From contig OX597821.1 in the NCBI GenBank assembly GCA_951406725.2, forward strand, positions 76,694,001-76,758,000: a stretch of 64,000 nucleotides of DNA. The letters run 5' to 3'. Every line of letters begins with the position of its first letter. Position 1 is the first letter of the stretch. The notes beneath the pieces were generated by a model. The model saw only the letters and a program-made list of their open reading frames with translations. It did not search any database and had not been told where the DNA came from. This DNA is from Octopus vulgaris (lineage: Eukaryota). Of this stretch, positions 26,737 to 36,716 are shown one piece after another. A program made the translations under genes and the position numbers.

Positions 26737-28595
26737 CATAATAATAACAACAATAATAATAGTAATAATAATGTGAGGTATATTTGCCATCTCAATATGG
26801 CTAACCACTAAGGGTGGGTGTTACTGTAGCTTGTAGCCTCAGGAGAACATCTCCTCCAGCTGGCTTTAGGTACACTTTCTGTGCTCTTATGGTATTTGCA
26901 AAGGGAGGTCATCCTTCCCTCGTCAACCTAAGTGATACACACGGACTGCAGTTTCTAGGTATTGACTTGTCATCAGCGTACGACAATCACCGGTTTTCGA
27001 TGAAAGGGGTCCCAGTGCAAATACTTATATCATTTTTCCAGTAACTTTTCGTCACTTATCTCGTAAAAAATTTTGCAAGCAATAATAAATCTCTGAACGA
27101 GGTATAAACAGTAACTGCACAACAATGTGAGGTATATTTGCCATCATAATATGGCTAACCACTAAGGGTGGGTGTTAATGTAGCCTGTAGCCCCAGGAGA
27201 ACATCTCCTCCAGCTGGCAAAAAATACCTTAGGAATGAGAACCCAGGCTCGAAATTTCTCCAAGACACCTGATGAAGGCTGGAGGGTATATCAGCCGAAA
27301 CATTGTGTGAACAACAAACAAGATGAGGACAAATATCCGTCAAATGTAAATAATGTAAATAATGAACTCTGTTCCCCTTTTAGGTGTGATCTGCTTATAA
27401 CTCTAATTTGGTTTTTGCTTTGCATTTTAGATGACAAAGAGAGGCTGGAAATGTAACTATGCTCCTAGATCGATAAAGAGCATCCTTCATTATGGTTGGA
27501 TAGTAAGTTAACAATACTATTTTGTCTTTTTACATGTTATTTATGTGTTTTATATGTAATTTGAGATGCATCCCCCTGCCCCCCCCCCAAAAAAAAGCAA
27601 TTTTTGTTTCAAAAGTTTATAAATTCTTATGACTTCAACAACATCCAATTCTCACTGATATGGATAAAGTTTCTAAAATGGATAAAAAAATTCAAATGGC
27701 TGCTTTGGTGCAATGGTAGAAACATCTGTCATGTATAGTGGAGAAATGAGTGCCCTAAAAGGGATTTTTCAACCCAGTATTTATATACTATTCTTTATGG
27801 CTTTATATGTACGAGTGGCTGTAATTTTGAAGAACACCTGCAAGTGCACACTCTCATAAAAATATTCTGAAACTTCTACACTTTCAGTCCTCAAAATGCA
27901 CGAGGACAAATATATTTGTGAAATAATGGCATCATGCCCTGAAGGAATGAATAAAATGACAAGTGAATTTCATTGCATTCACACAAAACTATTCAACTAA
28001 ATATTCTTTTATTTTTCTTTTCTCTTCTTTCTGTTTTTTTTTTTCTTTTTCCTTTTACCAGTTATAAAATTGCAAATTGATGAACACAGGATTTTCTCAT
28101 TTATATTTTGAATTTCTGTGTTTCTGCAGCTGTTTTCATTTTACAATTTGAACTTGAAAAAGACAAACAAGCTGTCGAAATATCATTCAAACCATTAAAT
28201 TTACAATCTATTACAGTCGCATCATGCTCTTCTTATTGCCTATTTACCTTCCTGAAGAGTTACATCAATCTTTATAAAATACAATAATAATAATCTTTTC
28301 TACTAAAGGCACAAGGCCTGAAATTTGGTCAACCACATCGACTCCAGTATTTCATTGGTACTTAATTTATCGACCCCAAAAGGATGAAAGGCAAAGTCGG
28401 CCTCAGTGGAATTTGAACTCAGAACATGCATACAGTTGAAATAATAATAATAATAATAATAGTAGTAGTAGTAGTAGTAGTAGTAATAATAATAATAATT
28501 ATAACTACTATTTCTTGTTTCAGATTGCGCCTAAGGAAAGATCAACACTTCAAGATCTAGAAAAACACATCAGAAAAAAATGGTTAACAGCCTGA
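9559..28595 (+). CDS. Spliced pseudokinase gene, 3' nine coding exons (9559-9710, 10572-10659, 13950-14081, 15630-15780, 19797-19916, 21152-21282, 24465-24596, 27431-27502, 28524-28595); 5' end unresolved
   Basis: All introns GT..AG with pyrimidine tracts; phases chain 2,0,0,1,1,0,0,0; 1050 nt open to TGA. Translation shows kinase subdomains in order: YVIVTK (II), ECFTVLKKI..QYII (III-IV), LYFCSKFYCEPL (V), AAKYLNENGILFLAWTSNNLLL (VI), QLTNFHLG (VII), ILPPE (VIII), ADVWGICCLLKELLS (IX), PKERSTLQDLEKHIRKKWL (XI). Confidence 0.88.
10572..10659 (+). CDS. Pseudokinase gene exon (LKRSQEELMECIYSAEEFVQCDNTTQFFK)
   Basis: Long pyrimidine tract + cag; AAG|gtaaag donor. Confidence 0.85.
13950..14081 (+). 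CDS. Pseudokinase exon (FSNTCEFK...KEYVIVTK), N-lobe
   Basis: ttgtttcag / AAA|gtaagt, 132 nt. Confidence 0.88.
15630..15780 (+). CDS. Pseudokinase exon (CQNVQ...LYFCSKFYC), alphaC to hinge
   Basis: ttattccag / G|gtatgt, phase 1. Confidence 0.88.
16315..16670 (-). mobile_element. CR1-like LINE 3' end with (ATT)n tail
   Basis: SNTRGHVYKV...RKHFFTLR...NKLP...SFK C-terminal motif. Confidence 0.8.
18826..19620 (+). mobile_element. Tandem array of three related tRNA-derived SINEs
   Basis: Three heads (about 18827, 19077, 19325) with TGGCTTAGTGGTTAGG A-box and TTGATTCC B-box; related copies at 31580-31890(+) and 38290-38640(-). Confidence 0.8.
19797..19916 (+). CDS. Pseudokinase exon (EPLHRKL...YLNENGILFLAWT), alphaE and degenerate catalytic loop
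   Basis: ttcctgttgcag / T|gtaagt, phase 1-1. Confidence 0.9.
20245..20726 (+). mobile_element. Non-autonomous Helitron
   Basis: 5' TC, 3' hairpin CCCGG-GCAACG-CCGGG followed by CTAG, inserted between A and T in (TA)n, no TSD. Confidence 0.8.
21152..21282 (+). CDS. Pseudokinase exon (SNNLLLNEKGIPQLTNFHLG...ILPPE), activation segment
   Basis: ggtttttcag / GAA|gtaagt. Confidence 0.92.
21960..22275 (-). mobile_element. Decayed RTE LINE fragment
   Basis: KCPGGSLEIVDGFCFLNDQI resembles the RTE E-x-V-x-x-F-x-YLG region. Confidence 0.6.
23356..23839. mobile_element. Tc1/mariner/pogo-type MITE
   Basis: TIRs ccgtaaatcctcgagtata / tatactcgaagatttacgg, flanking TA. Confidence 0.88.
24465..24596 (+). 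CDS. Pseudokinase exon (FRFNYDHFNNADVWGICCLLKELLS...VWSE), alphaF
   Basis: tttttacag / GAG|gtaaat; DVW motif. Confidence 0.9.
26280..27364. mobile_element. Head-to-head inverted tRNA-headed, hammerhead-bearing retroelement with 12-bp TSD
   Basis: TSD aactctgttccc (26268-26279 / 27365-27376); arms = tRNA-like head + (AAT)n + HHR-bearing tail. Confidence 0.82.
27264..27308 (+). ncRNA. Minimal hammerhead ribozyme with stem III mutation
   Basis: gacac CTGATGA aggctg...cagcc GAAACATT gtgt (G>A relative to the 5455-5500 copy). Confidence 0.7.
27431..27502 (+). CDS. Pseudokinase exon (MTKRGWKCNYAPRSIKSILHYGWI)
   Basis: tgcattttag / ATA|gtaagt, 72 nt. Confidence 0.85.
28524..28595 (+). CDS. Pseudokinase terminal exon (IAPKERSTLQDLEKHIRKKWLTA*)
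   Basis: ttcttgtttcag acceptor; subdomain XI P-x-x-R; TGA 28593-28595; AATAAA near 28995 in AT-rich 3' UTR-like sequence. Confidence 0.88.
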   Translation: MAPKERSTLQDLEKHIRKKWLTA

Positions 28596-28807
28596 TGAAC
28601 TCATTTTCAGTATTGCCTTTATCAAACCTGTGACATTTGCTATTAATAATTCTTGATATTTCAAACACTACACTCTTATCAAGATAATAAGAAATATGAA
28701 TGATTGGGCAAACTCTAAGAGTTATTTTCATATAGACAGCATTTTTGCATGCAAGCAATTATAATTTCTGAGCAGCAGATGTTGCAGACTTATTGACACC
28801 TGAAGAT

Positions 28808-28844
<37 letters not shown>

Positions 28845-30780
28845 GTGTGTGTGTGTGTAAATAACAGGTAATATGGATTAATAAATCAGGGCACTTGTAA
28901 ACATTCAGTGATTAAGTGAACTTGATTAACTACATGAAATAATCAGATATCAGCAGATTAAAATAGAAACAACATCCACAGTTATTCCCCAGTGTAATAA
29001 ATAAATCCAAAGTTTGCCAGAAGAATTTCTAAAAACCCAGTGTATCGAACAAGATGAACCAGAATGGAGAATGTCAATACTTTATTTCAGAATTATATCA
29101 TACAAAAAACAATGATTGTTTCTGTTGTGTTGTTTTCAATGTGAACTTTGCCTCGAGGAAATGTGTTATTTAATTCAGAATTAGAATTATTAAATACTAG
29201 CACTAATCTTACCTTGAAATGTTCACATAGGTATAGAAAAGCATTTAAATATTTCAATAGTGAACAACACTTTTATTGTAATTGCCTTTCTTGTAATTAA
29301 AAAACATAATTTTTCTAAATTTAAAAAAAATTTCTTTCAAGCATTCTTAACTAGCCAGATAACTAAATGTACTTTGGTAGCATTTTCTATGTTTATATTC
29401 TTTATTATTTTACTGACCATTGACATCATCATGAGTTCTGGCTTTTCTAAACATATAATATTTCTTCTTAAAGCTGTTTTTGTCTATGCTGAGGTATAAC
29501 AGCCATCCTATCAGTTCACTTTGAATTCAAGTTATCATGGGTTACCTTGATAACACATGGCATTCACATAAATTTTGGATACGTTGAGTTTTATAATTGA
29601 TCTGATTGTGCACCTTTTTCTATATCTAAAAATGCTTACACAATAGAAACGATTATTGTCCTGTATGATGTAATCCTCAAAGATCTGATATCCTCCATTC
29701 CTGTTCATCTCATATATATATACATACACACACATACATACATAAATACATATTTTATATGTACTGTATATTTTCACTCTCTCTCATTCTGAGTGTCTCT
29801 ATCTCTCTCTCTGTCTCTCCCCTTTTCCTCCAGTGGTAGCCAAATATCCTCTCTATAGTAAAACAACTATCATTGTGCCTCTATTATAGTCTAACCTCTC
29901 TCTTGCCTTGCAGCTACTTCTTCTGATTCCATTCTCATTACTGGTGTCACATAAAAAGCACCCAGTACACTCTGTATAGTGGTTGGCATTCGGAAGAGCA
30001 TCCAGCTGTAGAAATCATGCCAAAACAGACTAATGGAGCCTGGTGTAACCTTGTCCTACTCATACTAGCATGGAAAATGGACATTAAATGATGATGATGA
30101 CGATATATATATAGCACGACCTTCGAACATCAGGCCTCACCGAGGCAATGACTAGTGACTAAGACCTTTGGAAATATGCTGTGCTTGAGAAGACCCAGCA
30201 AGCCAAGTGAGACCATAACCCATGGTCTATGCCAGTGATGTAACCAGCTCACTTAGGTGTACCTTACTTTCATTGGACACTAAACTCTGCTTGAGGCAAG
30301 TGAAATCGAAATCAAGTTCGATGACAGCACTGCATGACTGGCATCAGTGCTAGTGGAGTGCTAAGAGCACCATCTGAGCATGATCGTTGCCAGGGTCACT
30401 GACTGGCCCCCGTGCCGGTGGCACATAAAAAGCACCATTTGAGCATGATTGTTACCAGCATCACCTTACTGGTACTTGTGCTGGTGGTATGTGAAAAACA
30501 ACATTCGAGTGAGGGCATTGCCAGTGCCGCTGGACTGGCTCCTGTGCAGGTGACACGTAAGAACACCATTTGATCATGGCCGTATCCAGTACTGCCTGAC
30601 TGGCCCTCGTGCCAGTGACACATAAAAGCACCCACTACACTCTTGGAGTGGTTGGCGTTAGGAAAGGCATCAAGCTGTAGAAACTCTGCCAGATTAGATT
30701 GGAGCCTGGTGCAGCCATCTGGCTCACCAGTCCTGTGAAACCGTCCAACCCTTGCCAGCATGGAAAGCGAACGTTAAACA

Positions 30781-30815
<35 letters not shown>

Positions 30816-30820
30816 ATATA

Positions 30821-31451
30821 CACAGGGGGTTCAAAAAGTCTCCCTGTAGTAAGTATTTTATTGCAAAATATATATTTATAAGATGGTATAAGACTACAAA
30901 GGAATATATTAGACTTTTCAAGACTTCAAAAAATTTCATAAGAGGTGTTGAAAGTGTCGTCCTTCATTTTCAATACATAAAATTTAATTTCTTTTTTACT
31001 GCCGTGTGAACACTTCCTAGGCTGATTTCCGTTTCCTGTGATAATTTGTGTAAGGAGTTTGACGGGCTGGCCAACAGTTTATCAGAAATATTGGAGAGTG
31101 TTTCGTCTGAAACAAAGTAGGCCTTCCACTTCTTGCTGCGTCTTCCACTAAGCCTGTGTTTTTAAATTTTCTTCTCAAATCCCATACAGTGTCACAATGT
31201 GGGACAACAGTATTCGGAAAAATTTCACTGAACTTCTGTTTTACAGTATCTGTGTATTTGTTTCCAGCTCGAAACAACCCATTCAACTAAAAACGTCTGT
31301 TCTTCAATGGTTGGCATGTCAACACGCTGAAGGGTATACTGTGACTGAGAGACAGGGGCTGATACCTGGCCGCTCATGCAGTGAGAGCCAAGTTGCACAT
31401 ATGCAGGATGAAAACTTTCATTGCAGAGAGACTTTTTGAACACTCTCTGTG
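30821..31451 (-). mobile_element. Tc1/mariner-superfamily deletion derivative retaining the N-terminal HTH region
   Basis: TIRs cacag..gttcaaaaagtctc; TA flanks; frameshifted KF..TG.V.D..RSGRP motif. Confidence 0.85.
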
Positions 31452-31454
31452 TAC

Positions 31455-31502
<48 letters not shown>

Positions 31503-32416
31503 ATATGTATATATATATATGTATATGTATATATGTATATATATATGTATATGTATATATGTATATATATATATATATAAGCGTGGCTTAGTGGTTAGGC
31601 CATTCAGCTCACAATCGTAAGGTCGTGAGTTCAATTCCTGGTGACACATTGTGTGCTTGAGCAAGTCACTTTATTTTCCATTGTTCCAGTCCACTCAGCT
31701 GGCAAAAATGAGTTGTACCTGTATTTCAAGGGGCCAACCTTGTCACTCTCTGTGTCACGCTGAATTTCCCTGAGAATTACATTAAGGGTACACATGTTGG
31801 TGGAGTGCTTAGCCACTTGCACATTAATTTCATGAGCAGGCTGTTCCGTTGATCGGATCAGCTGGACCCTCATCATCGTAACCAACAGACTGCCCTCATG
31901 TGTGTGTGTACAAACATATGATATTAAGTATTAAATTGCGTTTATAAGAAAAAGTCCTTTTTTTTTCATCAGAAGACAAAATCAGGACCTATAGCTGACA
32001 TGTGCAACCTTTTTTAGAGAAGTGGGTCCCATCAGACATGGCTCATCATCAGGTGGGCTGCGCTACTAAAACAGTTCAAGGTGATATTTTGTTAGGCATG
32101 CCATTCAAAAACCCTTGCGGGCCACAATATTGCCCGTGACTGGCTTATACCTTGGTGGTTACCACTACCTATTCTGCCTCTTCCTAGGTTGCAGTCTTTT
32201 ATTTTTATTTTCATTATTATTATTATTATTTTTGTTTTGATTTGCATAACCAAAATTGCTCAGTCAGCTAGAAACAGCTGTCAAGTGTCTCTACTGTCTT
32301 TTTGCAAAAAGGAAAATAAAGAACACATTATGCAATATTTTCCCTTATATACAAAAAGACAGGATTACCTCAACTGAAAATCTGACCTCATTTGTGATCG
32401 CTCTACTTGATGAAGG

Positions 32417-32813
32417 GAGCTTAAACAAGAACCGTATCAGGCCTTAAACAAGGACCGTATCAGAGCTTAAACAAGGACCGTATCAGACCTTAAACAAGGA
32501 CCATATCAGAGCTTAAACAAGGACCGTATCAGGCCTTAAACAAGGACCGTATCAGAGCTTAAACAAGGACCGTATTAGACCTTAAACAAGGACCGTATCA
32601 GAGCTTAAACAAGGACTGTATCAGGCCTTAAACAAGTACCGTATCAGGCCTTAAACAAGGACCGTATCAGGGCTTAAACAAGGACCGTATCAGAGCTTAA
32701 ACAAGGACCGTATCAGGCCTTAAACAAGGACCGTATCAGGGCTTAAACAAGGACCGTATCAGGGCTTAAACAAGGACCGTATCAGGGCTTAAACAAGGTC
32801 CATATCAGGGCTT
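32417..32813. repeat. 23-bp minisatellite (NNNNTTAAACAAGGACCGTATCA), about 17 copies
   Basis: Head-to-tail units with no unique spacers. Confidence 0.95.
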
Positions 32814-34214
32814 TCACAGTATGTTTATATCTTTCATAACTTCTTCCCAAATGAAATGTCATTCTTCACTCTTCAGTTTCATTGTCTCTCCCTTTATTTA
32901 CTGCAAAAGATTTCAGATAATATTTGTTTGTATTTATTTCTATTTGATTAAATAAATATTTTATGTGCCTTGTAATTTTATGTTCGTCCTGAATTTCAAG
33001 AATCTCTATTTTAAATCTTTGTTTCTTGACATTGTGACTATGTATACTCTTTTACTTGTTTCAGTCATTTGACTGTGGCCATGCTGGAGCACAGCCTTTA
33101 GTCAAGCAAATCGACCCCAGGACTTATTCTTTGCAAGCCTAGTACTTATTCTATCGGTCTCTTGTGCCGAACTGCCAAGTTACGGGGATGTAAACGCTCC
33201 AACATCGGTTTTCAAGTGATCTTGGGGGGACAAACACAGACACACGCACACACACACACACACACACTCACACACACACACATACACACTCACGCACGCA
33301 CGCACACACACACATACATATGCACATATATGACAGGCCTCTTTCAGTTTCTGTCTACCAAATCCACTCACAAGGCTTTGGTTGGCCCGAGGCTATAGTA
33401 GAAGACACGTACCCAAGGTGCCACGCAGTGGGACTGAACCTGGAACCATGTGGTTGGTAAGCAAGCTACTTACCACACAGCTACTCCTGCACCTATGTTT
33501 AAAAAAATATATAAAGAAAACTGTGTGATTGTGTGTGTATGTGAGTGAGTATGTATGAGTGAGTGTGGTGTGTGTGTGAGTGTTGTGTGTGTGTGTGAGA
33601 GAGAGAGAATATGCGGTCTGTGTGTGTGTGTGTGTGCCTTCGTATCAATGAAACAAATGGCCCCTCTCCTGAAGTAGTTGAATCACTAGAACACAAAAAG
33701 TTGGTAATTTGAAATATCAATTATTAAATGAAATGGCCTTTACGTTGTTGCTTGACCTGCTAGAAATAATTAGCAAATTTTCCTTCTTATCAAAAGAAAG
33801 ACACATTTTGTTATGTACCCCTAATTATTGTATGTCTGGGAACAAAAACTGGTATGGTGTATGTCAGTAACTCATCTACAAGACTATCCACAACATTAGC
33901 TAACATTAGAAAATTACTTTTTTTAAATCTCACAACGAAAGATATTCAGCAACAGTACTTTGTAGTAAAGATTGTTTGCCAACATAACATGGCAGTTCTG
34001 GTTTGGGACGAATGTAATATCATAATATAAGGACACAGATCGCAATTTTGTATAGCCAGCTGGAGACGATGTCTCCTGGGGCTAAATTACAGCAACATTT
34101 GTCCTAAACCATGACTGGAAAATCATAAAAGAATTAATCTCTTAATTCACTTCGCAGTGCTGTCTGCCTAGTGTCTGTGACCGACAAGGAGATAACTACT
34201 CCGAATTGTTAACA

Positions 34215-34850
34215 TAGTCTTTACTACATTAGTTAACATGTTGGCAAAAATCTTTAAATCTGCATTTAGCAGAATTAAGGGCTTGAAGTTGTTAAAACCA
34301 TTCCCCTTATTTGGGTCCTTTCTCAGCAATACCACCACACCTCTTTTAGCTGGACAGGGAATTCTCCTGTTTTGCTGCCAGTTGCAGGAATCATCCTCCA
34401 AAAAGTCCACTATCAAGTGTGCCACTCACGATAAAGCTCATAGGGAAGACTCTGCTGCCCCGGTGACCCCTCTTGTGCAGCTCACCATCGCTTCTCATAT
34501 TTCGTCAGCTGTTCTTACAGAACTCTGTATACCTATCCAAGAGCCGCAGCAGGCTGTCGAGGTGGACAGTAGAGTCTACTGCTGCCTCTGGTCCACCGTC
34601 TGCCTCTGAAAATCCGAGTACATTTACTTGGATTTGAGTTGCATTTTCCCTTCCTGATCCATATCAGATCGAACTGTTGCTTTGTTTCCACATCGTGTCT
34701 TTGCCACCCAGGCCCACCGAACAGTTTTATTTCCCTCGTGCCTTCGTTTATTTATGTTGAAAGACCAATCAAGAGCCAACTTCCTTCCCAGCACATCCAA
34801 CGCAATGCCTTTTCTAAGCACCTCTTCAAAGGTTACTAACTAGCTTACCC
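34215..34850 (-). mobile_element. Tx1/L1-clade RT relic
   Basis: GVVVLLRKDPNKG..NNFKPLILLNADLKIFANML (RT N-terminal motif). Confidence 0.75.
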
Positions 34851-35066
34851 TCTGCCCTAGGAAACTCTGTCACTATTCCCTTATTAAATAAATAAACAGA
34901 TTGTGTGTGTTGTCGTTTATTGACAAAGAACGCATACGTTGCTGAAAACACATCGTTGAATTTAGTCCACCAAGTTGTAGGTTCTCCTTTGACCCTTGCC
35001 GTGAAAATGTTGTAAACGCATTCATACACCTGTAACTCACAAGACCATCGTTCACAAATCGCAATA

Positions 35067-36157
35067 TATGTGGTTTGATCAATAAGTAGCTGGACTGTTG
35101 CCATAGTAACGAAGCTAAAGCACGCAGAGTAAAGCCTCTCAGCACAGATTGATCTTGGACTCTGCTGTACATGCGCACTAAGTTTTAACGTTCTAGTTCA
35201 CTTCCGCTGTTTACAACAGTGCTTGGAAGGAACGTGTGTAGTGTGTGATTGTCGCATAGACCATGACAGAGAAAGTTGTGGCGATACATGATCCACTGTC
35301 TACCAAATTGAGATAATTCTTTTAGTATCTCAAGTCCTACGACTCATAAGGCCGGTTACCCGTATTCCACAGCATATGAATGTCCGAGATCACAACATTC
35401 CCTCTGTACGGGAAGCCAGTCCGTTGCAGGGTTGCTCATTTTAAAGTTGAGAGGACTGGAATGGCCTGAAATGAAGTGTCTTGCTCAAGAACGCAATACA
35501 CCTATGCAATGTTGCAGAACGTGTATGAAGAGGAGTGTATGAGCCGGACACAAGTGTACGAGAGGTTCGGACGTTTCCAAAATAGCCGGAAGAATGTCGA
35601 TATTGACGAACGTTCTTGGAGACCCGCAGCCAACAGAACTGAGAAAAACATCACAGATATAAGTGCAGCTGTGAGAGGAAATCGTCGAATCGTCATCAGT
35701 GAGTTGTCAGAGGATATGCAGATGAATTACGGTTCAGTTCAGTCCATTGTCACTGAAGATTTGGGTATGAAACGTATGTCTGCCAAATTTGTGCCAAAAC
35801 TGCTTTCAGCTGACCAAAAGGACACTCGGGTTTCAGTTGCACAAGATCTCTGTTGTGTTGAGAACGATGAAAACTTTTTGAAAACTTTGCGCAGGCCTCT
35901 GAGCAGACTTCGCCAAGCTTTTGGCAAAATTTAATGCACATTCTCTGCTCAACTTTGTCATGGTCAATGCGATGATCACACGTTATACACGTTCCTTCCA
36001 TGCACTGCCGTAAACAATAGAAGAGAGCCAGAATGTTAAAACTTAGTGCGCAGGCACAGCAGAGTCCAAGAACAATGTGTGCCAAGCGGCTCCACACTGC
36101 GTGGTTTAGTTTCGTTACTATTGTAACAATCCGGATACTTATTGATCAGATCACATA
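35067..36157. mobile_element. Mariner derivative whose two ends are both 5' ends (about 220-bp inverted arms), with HTH coding relic
   Basis: tatgtggtttgatcaataagt / acttattgatcagatcacata, TA flanks; MSRTQVYE.F.RF, DERSWRP and SAKFVPKLL on + strand; EQRMCIKFCQKLG on - strand. Confidence 0.85.
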
Positions 36158-36716
36158 TATGATAGAATATAATTGTTTCTGTATACATCATATGTATTTT
36201 GAACTAAATGAATTATCTCAATTGATTTTCGCCAGCTGCATTCTCGCTATAACCATCAGCTATGTTTTAAAACGAGCTTTGTAAGAAGCTTTTATGTGAA
36301 CACTGGGTCCACTCGAAACAGCAGCCAAATTTCCTCCAAAATCACACTTTTATCATCATCGACTCCTGGACATTAGTATCTCAAGTCCTACGACTCATAA
36401 GGCCGGTTACCCGTATTCCACAGCATATGAATGTCCGAGATCACAACATTCCCTCTGTACGGGAAGCCAGTCCGTTGCAGGGTTGCTCATTTTAAAGCTG
36501 AGAGGACTGGAATGGCCTGAAATGAAGTGTCTTGCTCAAGAACGCAATACACCTATTCTGGGAATAGAAACCACGATCTTGCGATCAAGAGTGCAACACC
36601 CGAACCACTTGGCCACATGCATCCCTAATTCACACTCCGCTATCTTACAAAATGAAAGGACCCATTTTTTAATCATGTAACGACGATTCGAAACCGAAGC
36701 GCTAAGTAACCGGTTG

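Noticed and set aside
32417-32813. CRISPR-like appearance of 23-bp repeats
   Set aside because: No unique spacers, no cas genes, eukaryotic context.
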